A stretch of 64,000 bases of DNA from a virus. A program made the translations under genes and the position numbers. Each line of letters starts with the position of its first letter. Positions within the stretch are counted from its first letter, which is position 1. The stretch is taken from positions 4,092 to 68,091 of IMG/VR virus record IMGVR_UViG_3300030107_004520. One strand, written 5' to 3'. The notes beneath the pieces are model-generated. The model did no database searches and was not told the DNA's origin. It saw only the letters and a program-made list of their open reading frames with translations. Below, in pieces: positions 10,601-21,800 of this stretch.

Positions 10601-10634
10601 TTGGTAGTAATAATAGTAATAATATTTTTTTCAT
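7629..10634 (-). CDS. Secreted protein with MAM domain, many Cys-rich GC[TM]D..A.NY.P.A..DDGSC repeats and a T9SS type-A C-terminal sorting domain
   Basis: Signal peptide; MAM motifs (GPQGDHT, LSFWYHMYG, GNQGDQW, IAIDDI); C-terminal IYPNP...YNMMG...LTPGVYNI...KKIIKK. Confidence 0.85.
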   Translation of the reverse strand: MKKILLLLLLPIFSFGQTINSFPWVHNFENIVGLEQDPTNDRDWWLMQGPTSSQMTGPQGDHTYGNGIYYYAEASTNGIGFPYQTFVSYTPTFDISQTPGKVLSFWYHMYGSTMGDLEAGYIDANGYTSLGIISGNQGDQWKFAYYPIAAVDSFKVVFIATTGSSFYSDIAIDDIMVSDPFTVIYGCTDNVSSNYNPLATHSDGSCIYYFGCIDPTATNYNPWANVDDGSCVQEVSCDTTQSLIDVAIKLDNWPSETSWEVIANGNVIYSVPSGTYDYTQTGQTIHTQVCIPVSDTIVFTINDTYGDGIGGGSVVGSCLVTNLDCEDTLFLLNPPNFGYTASSNPYVSDTCNNDTIIYGCTTPSYIEYNPLATIDDGSCMTLATYGCVDSMAFNYDPTADRMLLTSPCTYDLILYDDGGDSWGACWLGVEQGDSLWQFKIDQNNVYSDTFALTLNSNDEVYFYYFEIPTPQQNPQQLDIQTIQNSFKVENDFGTIIYEGNNPWPGPNENKLRNYRSALDIYEAQPYCGNECIPVVMGCMDTTAYNYNELANTNDTCYYSPGCTNPGYLQYYIQGYNADIDDGSCSTLVVWGCTDSTAFNYDPLANISNGGCVPVITGCMQPLAFNYNPNANTSDTCIPVIYGCMSSIAINYDPLANTDDGSCIGVNYGCTDSTMWNYSPSANVDDSSCIPYIYGCMDPTMFNYNPLANTDNGNCIPFVYGCMDSTMFNYDPLANTDNGTCIPFIYGCTNPIALNYCDSCNIDDFSCILPIYGCTDSTMFNYNPLANVDNNSCVPYVYGCTDPSMLNYNPQANTEDFSCIPYIYGCMDSTALNYDSLANTDNGSCITIVTGCMDQSAYNYDPLANVHDSISCLYDAGCITGAGDPYWLNDPCYAWVISVDDYCCENEWDTICQSTYNYCENNWTGPVLSRNVEDNLVIYPNPTDGEININRKVDVRVYNMMGDVIMQEYGVSVLDVSYLTPGVYNIQITYKNKIINKKIIKK

Positions 10635-10970
10635 TTAAAAGTCACTCATTAGTTGATTATCTATTTCTTCTTGTACCTCTTCTTTTGTAGCTACCATTTT
10701 AAAACTAAGGTCTGCTTGAAACCTAGCGGCTTCTTCTCCATCTTTAAATATTATAATGGTTGGTACTACTGCTATTTTATATTTTGTCTGTGCTTCTTTA
10801 TCTTTTCCTATATCTGTATAAGCTATAGTTTTACAGTCCTTTAAATCCCTTACCCACTCAACATCATTAGCACTGTTCCAACCAGCATTAAACTGCATTA
10901 CTTTTATTTGACCAAACGCGGTTTGAGTAAAAAGTATTAGAAAGAGGATGGTAGTATTTATACTATTCAT
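10635..10970 (-). CDS. Exported thioredoxin-fold protein lacking CxxC
   Basis: Signal peptide; FNAGWN where WCxxC is expected; KYKIAVVPTIIIFKDGEE cis-Pro region. Confidence 0.7.
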   Translation of the reverse strand: MNSINTTILFLILFTQTAFGQIKVMQFNAGWNSANDVEWVRDLKDCKTIAYTDIGKDKEAQTKYKIAVVPTIIIFKDGEEAARFQADLSFKMVATKEEVQEEIDNQLMSDF

Positions 10971-11241
10971 AAAGCTTATCTTCTATTTTTTCTATAGATT
11001 TTTTAATCTCCTTCACGTCTTCCTGTGTAGTTATAATAGTTTGACGAATCATTTGATCTTTCATATCAAACTCCATACGAGTTACTTCAGGATCTGGTGG
11101 TTGTGGTAATTCTTTTGCTTCAGCTATATCAGCTTGTAAAGCAAACCACATACCAACAACAGTTGTTATTCCAGCGCCAATACCCATTAAAGTTTTTATA
11201 CTTACCGTGAACCCGGTTTCTTCATTTAGTTCTTTTGCCAT
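10963..11241 (-). CDS. Single-TM coiled-coil protein
   Basis: N-terminal TM segment and C-terminal heptads. Confidence 0.55.
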   Translation of the reverse strand: MAKELNEETGFTVSIKTLMGIGAGITTVVGMWFALQADIAEAKELPQPPDPEVTRMEFDMKDQMIRQTIITTQEDVKEIKKSIEKIEDKLYE

Positions 11242-11426
11242 TATATTTCAAATCCTAAGTTAAATAACATCATTCTAAATTTAGCACACTTCTTTACCGC
11301 ACATGCGCAGTATTTCATTTCTAATATAGTAAACTTTCCTAATCTAATTTCTATATTATATTTTTCTTTTTTATTACCTTCTTTCCAAGAGTTTATCCAA
11401 TTCATAATTTTATCTTTTTCCGCCAT
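11241..11426 (-). CDS. Hypothetical protein
   Basis: Fills the operon; true start may be M8. Confidence 0.5.
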   Translation of the reverse strand: MAEKDKIMNWINSWKEGNKKEKYNIEIRLGKFTILEMKYCACAVKKCAKFRMMLFNLGFEI

Positions 11427-11778
11427 GATATTCTACAGCATGGCCTTCTTTAATTAATAATTCATTGACACTTTCTAATGTCATTTTTTCCTGTCCATCA
11501 ACAACATCTACAAATAATTCACCTAAACATCTACCATATTTCCCAACACCGTGAGAAGTAAGCTTTATATTATCGCATCCTTCTAGTAGTTGTTTAACTC
11601 TATCTTTAGCAGCTAAACCTCTAGCTTTTTCTTCTAAGTCTCTAGTTCTAGATTCTGGAGTATTAATACCCATAAACCTAATACGTTTTTTTACACTAAC
11701 ATCAAAACCTAAATCTATATAAGCGTCAACAGTATCACCATCAACCACTCTGTCTAATTTTATTTTATACTCGTACAT
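11410..11778 (-). CDS. Thermonuclease (SNase-like) family nuclease
   Basis: RVVDGDTV...RIRFMGINTPESR...GKYGRCL. Confidence 0.85.
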   Translation of the reverse strand: MYEYKIKLDRVVDGDTVDAYIDLGFDVSVKKRIRFMGINTPESRTRDLEEKARGLAAKDRVKQLLEGCDNIKLTSHGVGKYGRCLGELFVDVVDGQEKMTLESVNELLIKEGHAVEYHGGKR

Positions 11779-11781
11779 ATC

Positions 11782-12867
11782 TTAAAAGATTACATAATTT
11801 ATCCCACACTTAAAATCATACCACTCTCTATTCCAATATTTGTTGTATTTTCCTTCAAAAAAGTAACCTAAACTTTTATTTACTTTTATACCATAAATTA
11901 GTCCACCAGAGTAATCGTACCATTGATCACCATCTATATAGTTGTGATATGAGAACTCGCTACCATCGTTATAATGGTAAGGTAAAACACTACCCCAAGC
12001 GTGTAACCAAGTCTTTTTATTATATTTATAATAATCAAATCCAACAACTAAAGAATGTTGTATAACATCTTTTAATTCATCTCTTTTCTTTTCAGTATAA
12101 TTTGCTAATACTTCTGGTACAACAACAGCTTCCCAAACTTCTGGACTAGTGGCAACAACGTTACCATTAGGATCTGAATATACCGAATTATGTACATCGA
12201 TATTATAACCTTCTTGTATGGCTAGATACGTATAGTGCAAATTACCATTTGATAACATCCATTCTGCTAACGGATCATAACCATAAGGTTCTGCTAATCT
12301 ATGAGCTAAACCTATATTCCAAGATAAGTGTTTATGTTTTCTATACCTATATCTTTCTGATGCTTCAAAATACCTTACGTCTGCAAAACCATCTTCTAAA
12401 TACTCAAATTTTAAAGCAAAGAAATTTATACAAACATCAGTTTCACAACCATCATCAGAGCTCCATCTAACAAAATGATGTTGATCAATAAAATCTTTAC
12501 CTTGTTGTCTAGCGTAGTTTACTTCAAATAAATACTCTAATCCTCTTACCTTACCAACCGTAGCGGCATCACTATAATTAGTTTCAGTACCATCATAAAA
12601 AGCTTTAGCCTTATTTTCATAACCAAATCTTGCTATCTTTCTAATACCTAATGATAAATTATAATCATAAGGCGTTTGTATTTTCGATGTCTGTAGTCCG
12701 TTTTCTATAGAGAACACGTCTACATCTGATATAGAAGTACCTCCACTTCCAGCAGCATATATCGTAGAGAATTTCAATAGTTGATCAAAATTTATTTGTC
12801 CGCAACAAGTTTTAGGAGCGGCACAAGAAGTTATTATTATTAGTAATAGTATTATTAGTTTTTTCAT
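11782..12867 (-). CDS. Putative outer-membrane/lipoprotein
   Basis: MKKLIILLLIIITSC lipobox-like signal; aromatic beta-strand C-terminus GINYVIF; start set at MKK. Confidence 0.6.
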   Translation of the reverse strand: MKKLIILLLIIITSCAAPKTCCGQINFDQLLKFSTIYAAGSGGTSISDVDVFSIENGLQTSKIQTPYDYNLSLGIRKIARFGYENKAKAFYDGTETNYSDAATVGKVRGLEYLFEVNYARQQGKDFIDQHHFVRWSSDDGCETDVCINFFALKFEYLEDGFADVRYFEASERYRYRKHKHLSWNIGLAHRLAEPYGYDPLAEWMLSNGNLHYTYLAIQEGYNIDVHNSVYSDPNGNVVATSPEVWEAVVVPEVLANYTEKKRDELKDVIQHSLVVGFDYYKYNKKTWLHAWGSVLPYHYNDGSEFSYHNYIDGDQWYDYSGGLIYGIKVNKSLGYFFEGKYNKYWNREWYDFKCGINYVIF

Positions 12868-12878
12868 ATAGTATTTGT

Positions 12879-15800
12879 TTAATCGTGGTAAAAACAATAA
12901 CCTGATTTATTTGACGTATCTATTCCACAAGGTCCTCCATCTGATCTAGTACCTTTACATCTAACTTTCTTACCATCTGTTCTTTGAGGCTTACTTTCAT
13001 GTATAGTACACTTGTCGCCAGGCTTAGCTACGGATAATCCGCAACGACCGCCTTTGGATGTAACACCATTACATTTAGGATCGTCCAACTTACCCTCCTC
13101 AAATAGTTTCTTTTCTTCCTCAACTTGGGCGTTTATATCGTCTTGTATAACTTGTTGTTGTTCTTCCTTTTTTATTCTCGCCTTCTCTTTTCTTGCGAAA
13201 GTTTTTTGTTCCTTTATCTCTTGTTTAACCTGTTCTATTTCTTCATTTTTTATACCTAAATTCCACTGGCTCCAACCTAAGAACATAGCTATTCTTTGCC
13301 ATAACTCATGATCACTATTCATAGCCTCTCTAACATTCATAAGCTTACTGTACATCCTCTGTAGTGGTATGTTAGTTGTTGCCTCTACAACACCAAAAAC
13401 AGAACTGTATATTGGATTATCTATATCCCAACCCATTTCTTTTATAACGTCCTCGTTATATTCCCAAGTCTGTGTAGCTCCATATAATTTTCTAGCTTTA
13501 ATACCTATAGGTGGAGATAGGTTCAACATCTCAATTAATGTATGAGCGTGGTCTGGTTGTCTCTTACCTTCTTGTTCCATGAATTCTAATATCATATTTT
13601 TTGCAGTGGAAACAACAGCACCAGCAACTCCCATACCTCTTAACACACCATCAATCATGCTATTGACAATTCTTTCTTTTTTAGAATCAAAGAACTCTTC
13701 GTCTTCTTCATCATCACCACCAAACATTAAACCAAACATAGCTGATTGTAGGCTATAAAATATTAAATTTTGTGCAGCACCATAATACAGTATCTTGGAT
13801 ACGTTTGTTTTAGCATCACCTCTATTGTTAACTAAATCTAATATAGCCTTTTTTGTTAAACGAGCATACTGCATAGGCGTGTTTTGGAATGCTAAAACTA
13901 ATTTACCCAAAGCGGATCTTTGTTGTTGTGACACCCTATCTGGTCTAGCAGACTGCTGTGTTTCTTCTGATACTTCCATAAAATCATTCCAAGCTTTAGC
14001 CTCTGCATCTTTCTGAGTCATACCCTGTTCTAAGTAAGTCTTTATTCTATTTCTATACATAGAAGCCCCACCCATAGATATAGCAAAACTATCCATTATC
14101 TGTGTAATAACAAAACCTTTTTTCAAGAAATAACCGATAGCAGCAACCGCTGGGTTCTTCGCGTCTTTAATAGATTGAGCTAATTCATTAGCATTTACAT
14201 CTTGTTTTAAACCGGTACGTCTTTGTTTTAAGTACGGTGAATTAAATATATTTGCGAAGTCACTCCAGAATTGTTTTTGATTACCAAAAGCTTTAGCTGC
14301 TTTGAATATATTGTTATCACCCCAATTTATAAAGTTAACTGTTGATAGAGTTTGTAACACACCTGATCTTGTGTTAAAGTTCATAACAGCACCAATAGAA
14401 CCATTTATCCAGTTCATGAAGTTATTTACTAATTTATTACTACCGTAAGGTCTACTGGTACCATTCTCCATAGCATACAACATATCTTCTAAGGCCTCTC
14501 TAAAATTATCACCTAATGTCGCTTGAATTTTATTTAAATTAGCAGGGCTAAATATTATATCTTTATTTGCTTTCCATTCTGCTAAAAAGTTTTCTCTTGA
14601 AGCTTGTGAAGAATAATCTAAGTCTGATCTTATATTACCAACCAACCATTCCTGTGTAGGCTCTATAATACCGTCAGCATTGTGATTAACCATAGCTGAT
14701 ACATTCTCAGCGAAGGCTTGTAAATCAGGGTTTTTTTCAACCGCTTTAATCAACGCGGCTTGATCTGTTTTAGACAAACCAAATTCGGTCATATCATAAC
14801 CAGCCTTGTTCCAGTTGTATACTCTAACAGCGTTCTCATGTGAAAATTCTGTACCAGGAACATCTTTTCTAAGAATCTTTCTAACCTTTGGCATCATCTT
14901 TTTCAACGTACTAAAATCATTAGCTAAATTTTGTTTAGCCATGTTTATAGCTCTAATACCTCTAGAGAATGGATCAAATAAATGCTCTTTAAACCACGCG
15001 TGATGTTTATCACCCTGCTTTCCCTTACCAAAGAAACTGTAGCATAGACCAGCAAAATCTTCAGCAGAAGGTGGAATAAAGAATTTAAATCTTTCTACCT
15101 TCGCGCCTCTTACTTTTGCTTTAGCAGCTGTGAAACGTCTCTCTTTACCAACACCAAATACATCTTGCATAATCTGATTAAACTCAGCATCGACGCTTGG
15201 TTTAACCTCAGAAATAATGTTATCTAATTTTTTCGGAGCATCTTTACTAAACTGTAATTTAGCCTGTTGTGATTTACCTTTAATATCAAACTGGTTCAAT
15301 ACATCTTGAACCGAATTAACATTAATTAAAGCATCATCAGCAAAGTATATATCATTGTATCCTTGATCACCAATCATTTCTGCTATCTTTAAAGCCTTAG
15401 CTTCAGGTGTAGAGTTTTCTAATGTTATAACGTTTTCTATTGGTATATTTATACCTTGAGATTTTAAGAAAGCATGTATATGTGGTTGTGCCGCGTGTGG
15501 TCTAGCTGTTAATACAAAATTAGACTTGTCTCCATACTTAGCAACCCTATCTTTAGCTTGATTAAACATAGGTCCTTTCTCTCCTTCAACAACCGTATCA
15601 AACTCTGCAAAATCAAATGTACCTCCTTGAGCCACTATATCAGCACCCTCAGCAGCGAACTCCTCAGCATCTAACCTTCTATTCTCGTAGCTATTAGTAA
15701 AATTGTTTATTCCACCAACAAAATCTTGTGGTAAAGCATCTTCAAGAGCTAAAGAATCTGTGTTTACTAAATTAAAGTTTTGGCCAAATAACTCGCTATA

Positions 15801-18800
15801 AGCTTCTTTGTTAGCCATAACTTTTTTATGATTCTTTCTAACTATATCTTCTCTTAATGATCTCTCTTTACGCTTAGCATTTCTATCAACAGAAACATCT
15901 TCAGATGTCTCAACAAACATCATTGCAACATCGTAACCCTTATCTTTAAATTCTTTAACTTGTTTATTCATTACATTAACAGAAGCACCAGTACCATCAA
16001 TAATAACACCATCACCATTACCTTGATATTTAGCTTTTTTACGTTTAGCTATACGTCTAGATTCTCCTTGTAACTTACCAAGCATACTTAATTGTTCTCT
16101 AGTATAATCTTTCATGCTAGCTGGTAAACCATGGTTTTTCTTTAACCATTCTAACGATATATCAGAATTAACTAATTTATATCCCTGCTTTTGTAAACCT
16201 ACTTTTTTAACTACACTAGATTTACCACTACCAGCACCACCAGCTAAGAATATAACTTTTCTACCAGGTTTAGGCGTACCATCTGTATTAGGTATCTTAG
16301 CTCTAACACCAGATTTAGTTCTAGCTAACGTATCATCAAAATCCCAGAAGCTAGCGCCTTTAGGTTTTGGTGATGGTTTAGATTTAGAAAACTGTAATTT
16401 AGCTTGCTTAAGATTATCGACTACACTTAACTGATCTTCCATAGTCATCTCCGGGGTTACTAAAGGAGATACAGCCCCTGCATTCTTCTTAATCTTATTT
16501 ATATTATCTATGTTATTTACCTTGTTTGTAAGGTGAACAGCGTCTACACTAGATCTTTGTGGCGGTTGGTTGTTTGAAACCTCATTATATGCCGATGCTA
16601 TTAGTTCAGCACGAGCGTTTTTAAGGTCTACATTTTTAGATATCTTTTCTTTATTTTTATTTATAACATTTAGATTATCACCAGCAGCTTCTTTAATTTG
16701 TTTTACTAAAGGCATAAACTCTCCTTTTAATTCTTTTAAAGCTAGTTCAGCTGCTATAACATCATTTAAAGTAGCGCCGTAATCAAATAACACTATGTCG
16801 TTAGCTAATTTAGGATCCACAGCAACAAACCTTATAGCCGGCATCATTCCAAAAGAATAACCTTCTGCATTACCGGTTTTACCGAATAATCCATCTACAA
16901 GTATTCTAAAATCTTCATTTAATGCTGTTTGTGTATAGTATTTTGAAACTTTAGGATATACGGTGTCGAAGTTACCATCTATCATAGATTTAAATAAATT
17001 CGTACTTGTTAACAATAAAGCTAAATCGTGTTCACCATGATGAGATTTTCTTTTCTGCATAGTGCCTCTAATCTGCTGCCTCAACTCTTTTATGCTAATA
17101 CCATTTTCTTTTGCTTTTTGCTTTAGCTTATTTTGAATTTCAGCCTCAAAAACTGCTCTTTCTTTCGCTTTAACCTTAGGATCTTTAGGGTTGTTGATTA
17201 ATCTAGCTGCTTTTTTAGAAAGGTTGTAGTCCTTCATAACTTTCTGACGAGCTTTTTTACCACTAAATTTTGTAACATTCGAAGGCGTCATAGACATAGC
17301 TGTAAAATTAGCAGAACCTTTAAATATACTTGCAGACCTATTAGTAGCATCTTGCAATGTTGATACTACGAATCTTTGTCTTTCTAATGCATCTGCTTTA
17401 TCTACTGTTTTGGTTTTAGCTAGAGCTGCAGTTCCAAAGTAATTTGTTTTTGGAGTGTTCATGTACTCCATTAAAGATCTATACATAAGCTCCTCAGCTT
17501 TTTTAACTTCTACTGGATCTGATTTTTGTTTGTTTCTGATCTCATTAACAGCTCTTATTACTGTTTGAACTCGTTTAGACTCATTTTTTATATAGTCTGG
17601 AGACGTTGGATCGCCGAATTTAATAGATATATTTTGTATTTTTCCTGCAAATTTACTTTGAAAACTAACTTTATCCCATTTGATATTTGTTTTTGGCTCA
17701 ACAAAGTTTTTATCTTTTCTTCTTCTATTCATCTCAGCGAGTGCTAAAGCTTTAACCTCGCCTGATGTAGAAAAGAAATCGCCCCTAGTACCACTTTGAA
17801 ATGTATTATTAAAAAACATTACATTTGTAAGGGCTGCGCTAGGTAGCGTTGTTAAAAACTGTGCGGTATGTCTCTTATATATAGCTCTATCTTTCGGATT
17901 AGTTTTGTCAAGCGGTGTTAATCCTGGGATACCAAGTGTTTTTAGAAAATCATTCCAATTTTTAGAATAAATAACATCACTATTTTGTTTTACATCTGAT
18001 AATTCAATAATAGATTTATACGCGCCTTTTTCAGTTACTTTAATTTGATGCTTTTTTATGACGCTATTTATAAACCCTGCTGCATTACCAAAATCAGCTA
18101 CCTGTAAACCGTGTTTTTGAGCCGCTAGTTCTACAGCTTGTTGTGGATCCAACCTTAAATCTTTAATTTCAAGCATCTCCTGTACAACCAAACCTATATC
18201 AGCTGTACCATTATATCTCACGGCTGCAGCAGGTTGAGAGAAGAAAAGATCGGATTTACCATCACCAATAATATTAATTGTTTCAAGTGGATCAACACCT
18301 TTTTCTATACCAATTTCTCTTAAAGCTTGATTAGCAGCTAACATAGTATTCTGTATAGCTAGGTTTCTTATAGCACCATCTACAGATGTATCATTTGCGT
18401 TAGGTTGTCCTTTAACTATACCGAATAAACTTTGGAAATCTCCTCTATCTATATTCTTTTGTTTATATTGCAAAGCTAGACCTTGAGCTGAACCTGTCTT
18501 AGCAAATTTAGCTTTTGCTCTTTTCTCATATAATAAATCAGGCTTACCTGTTTTTGGATTTACAGCATTTAATAGAGTTGGAGGAACACCAGTAGCTTTA
18601 CCACTAGCGTTATGACCTTCTGGTAAACTAGCTATTTGCGTGTCTGTAGTTTTAAGTATATGATTTTGAGCAGATTTTCTTTGTGCTGTATCTAAATCTT
18701 TCTGTTCAATAATTTTAGAAGATGGTATACCATATAAACTACCAACGACATCTAGAACCTGTCTAAGCGGAGCATTCTTACCTACTACTAATTTTTTAAC

Positions 18801-21800
18801 ACCCTTATATGTTTTAGCGTCTTTAGAATTTACTTTAGATTCTCTAACAACATGCTTAACGGCTTCAGCTGCAAATGCAGAATTAATTTGGCTTTGTAAA
18901 CCATCTACAGTCATATTTTGTAAAGCCTCATTTACTGGAACATTGTTTTCCTTAGCTTTTCTAGCATCTTCAGCTTGACGTCTCTTTAAGTCCTTACCTA
19001 TTTCTGATTTCGTTCTCCTGTATATATCGCTAAACTTAGGATTAATCTTTCTTATTGTAGCTACTTGTGTGTCATTTACGCTTAACGATTTCATTAGATT
19101 TTTAACACCTATATCTGGTTTTTGAACACCAGATAAATCCGCATTATCTAAAATCTGTGTAGCTGCATCTGTTTCAGCTGCAATTTGAGCGGTTATTACT
19201 TCACCAGTTTCTGTAACTCTTTCTATAGGTGTTGTTTTAGGTTCTACCCCGTATTTAACCATTACATCACCTTTAGCGCGATATAAAATAGATTCTGTAA
19301 ATTTACCGCTACCACCAGTTAACCAACCGAACAAACTACCATTAGCCATTGATGGGTCAAAGTTTTTCTCCAATCTATTCTGCAACTCAACTTTTACATC
19401 ACTAACAAACTGAGGCATAGCTTCAGATGGAACACCTTTAGCTGTCACACCCGCTCTAATAAGTCCGTCTAAATGTTTACCATCTAGAGCCGTGTAAGCA
19501 TTCCAAAACGTTTCAGAACTTCTCCACTCAGCTTTACTATTAAACTTTTTACTACCATCTTCGTTTTGTGTAAACGTGTCAAATGTATCTTTTAAATCAG
19601 GATTATTCTCTACAGCTTGATCAACATTTTTAGAGAATGCCATTCTATCAGCTCGGTCAGCATCTTTCTTTTGTAAAGCAGCTTTAGCATCATCAATTAA
19701 TTTTCCTTTAGCGCCACTAACTATCATTCTAGTTAGTGCTTTATTTTGTACGTTGTTCTTTATAGAATGATGATAATCTTTTATAAAGTTTTTAACATCT
19801 TCTTTTGTATCGAATTTAATATCTCTACCTAGGTAATTTTGGGAGAATCGTCTAAATATATCTTTAACTTTAGTAATCGCGTTGTCATTAAATTCTATAT
19901 CATTATCCATCATCATTTCAGAACTTACAGCAAAAGCTTCCTCACCTTGCTGCTCAGCTCTATAACCTTGAACCCTCGCGTTCCATGTGTCTTGATCTTT
20001 AATAGTAACATCATCACTTTCTAAAATTTCCATGAGCGGTCCCGCTAAAGCTAGAGCAGCATTACCATCTTGTTTTAGTGTATTATAAAATGTAGCGTGT
20101 ACAAATTCATGAGCACCTGTATGAAACATACCATCTTCTAAAGAAGTTTCCTTATTAACAAACATGTCATAACTAGTTATCTCACCCGCTTCATTCATAA
20201 CAGGTACCATAACCCCATATCTAGAAGCTTGTCCAGCTATCATATTTGGTATCTCTTGTATTACTCCATCTTGCAATTGATCTAAATACGATTGCGCTTG
20301 AGCTTTTTCTTCTGTTGTAGCGTTTGGATCGGCTAACACCTCTTGCATTCCAACGGCAAGACCTTCTCTATATGTCTGTTCCATAAGATTATCATTAGTG
20401 TTAGCTAAGAACGTTTCAAAATCCTTTGTGTTACCTTCTTGTACATTTATTGACGGTCCACCAGCTTTTCTTACCTCATCAGCTCTATCTCTGATGCTTT
20501 CCATTGTTTGAGCGTACTTCTCTTTTGCTAACTCTACAGAGTGTTTATCTAGAATTTCTTGCTTTTTAGTTAAATTCCTGTTATAAATATCTTCTATCTT
20601 ACTAACCTCAGCTGCTTTTTGCTGATCTGTTAAACCTGTATCGTTATATATTTCTTGAGCCGCCTGCTGTAATTGTCTATTATCAGATTCTATATCTAAT
20701 AAACTTCTTTTTTCAGAATTACTTAAAAGATCTACCCTTTTTATATCGTTTGTTACTAGTTCTGTATTTTGTTGTATTATTTGAGCTAACTCATCTGATA
20801 ATCTATCTTCAACTTCTTTAGATAAGTTTTGATCAGTCATCATGTTCTGAATCTCCTGTATCCTAGCAAAATTAGCGTCCATAGTAGTAGACGTTTCTTG
20901 AGATTTAAATGGAGACATAAGCTGTTTAAACACTGGCATGCTTTTCATAGAGGTACTTATTAAAACACCACTAACAAAAGCTTCTTCTAAATTATCATAA
21001 AGACTAACTGTTTTATCACCACTATAGTAATCTGCCATATTCTCAGCCATTGATGCTAGCATTTCAGAACCACCTTCTTGAAATATATCCACACCACCCG
21101 CCAAAAGAGCTTGTTTGTTAAATACGTTTGTGCGAAGATATTTTGCTAATCCCTGTCTTCCACCAACAGACTTAAGTGCGCCCTTCATTGTTTTCATTTG
21201 ACCTAACGTAACTTTTTCAGACAAAGCCTCAGCTAACCCAACACCACTAGAATATAAAAACATTTCTGCAAAAGATATATCTTTACCGTATAAACCTTTA
21301 GTTTGTTCAAAAAGCTCTTTTTGCTCTTGATAATCAGCAAATTTAGAACCAGCAGAACTAGCGCCCATAACATACAGTGAAGCACCACCAGTTGCGTACA
21401 TTAAGGCTAAGTTAGGTATTTGACCACCTAACATTTGACCAGCCCATTCTGTAAAATCAGAAAAGCTATCTATACTATCATAAGCTATAGGTTGCTCTAC
21501 TAATTCCGCCATGTTTTCTTGCCAACCATCAATAGATTTGTGCATTTTCTGCCTCCAACCTGGTTCTCCTTCTGGTCCTGAACCCATATCATGATACATT
21601 GCAAGTGGAGAAAGTAAGGTAGTTGTTCCGGTTAAAAATGCTTTTAATGTAGGATCTTCTATATTAGCTGAGTCCATTATCCATTTGGATCCTCTATCTA
21701 CAGCCTCACTAATCATAGCTACAGAATACTCCAAACCTTGCAATAAATCAACTAAACCATTTGCTGTAGCAAGCGCAATTCCGGTTCCATCTTGATAATT

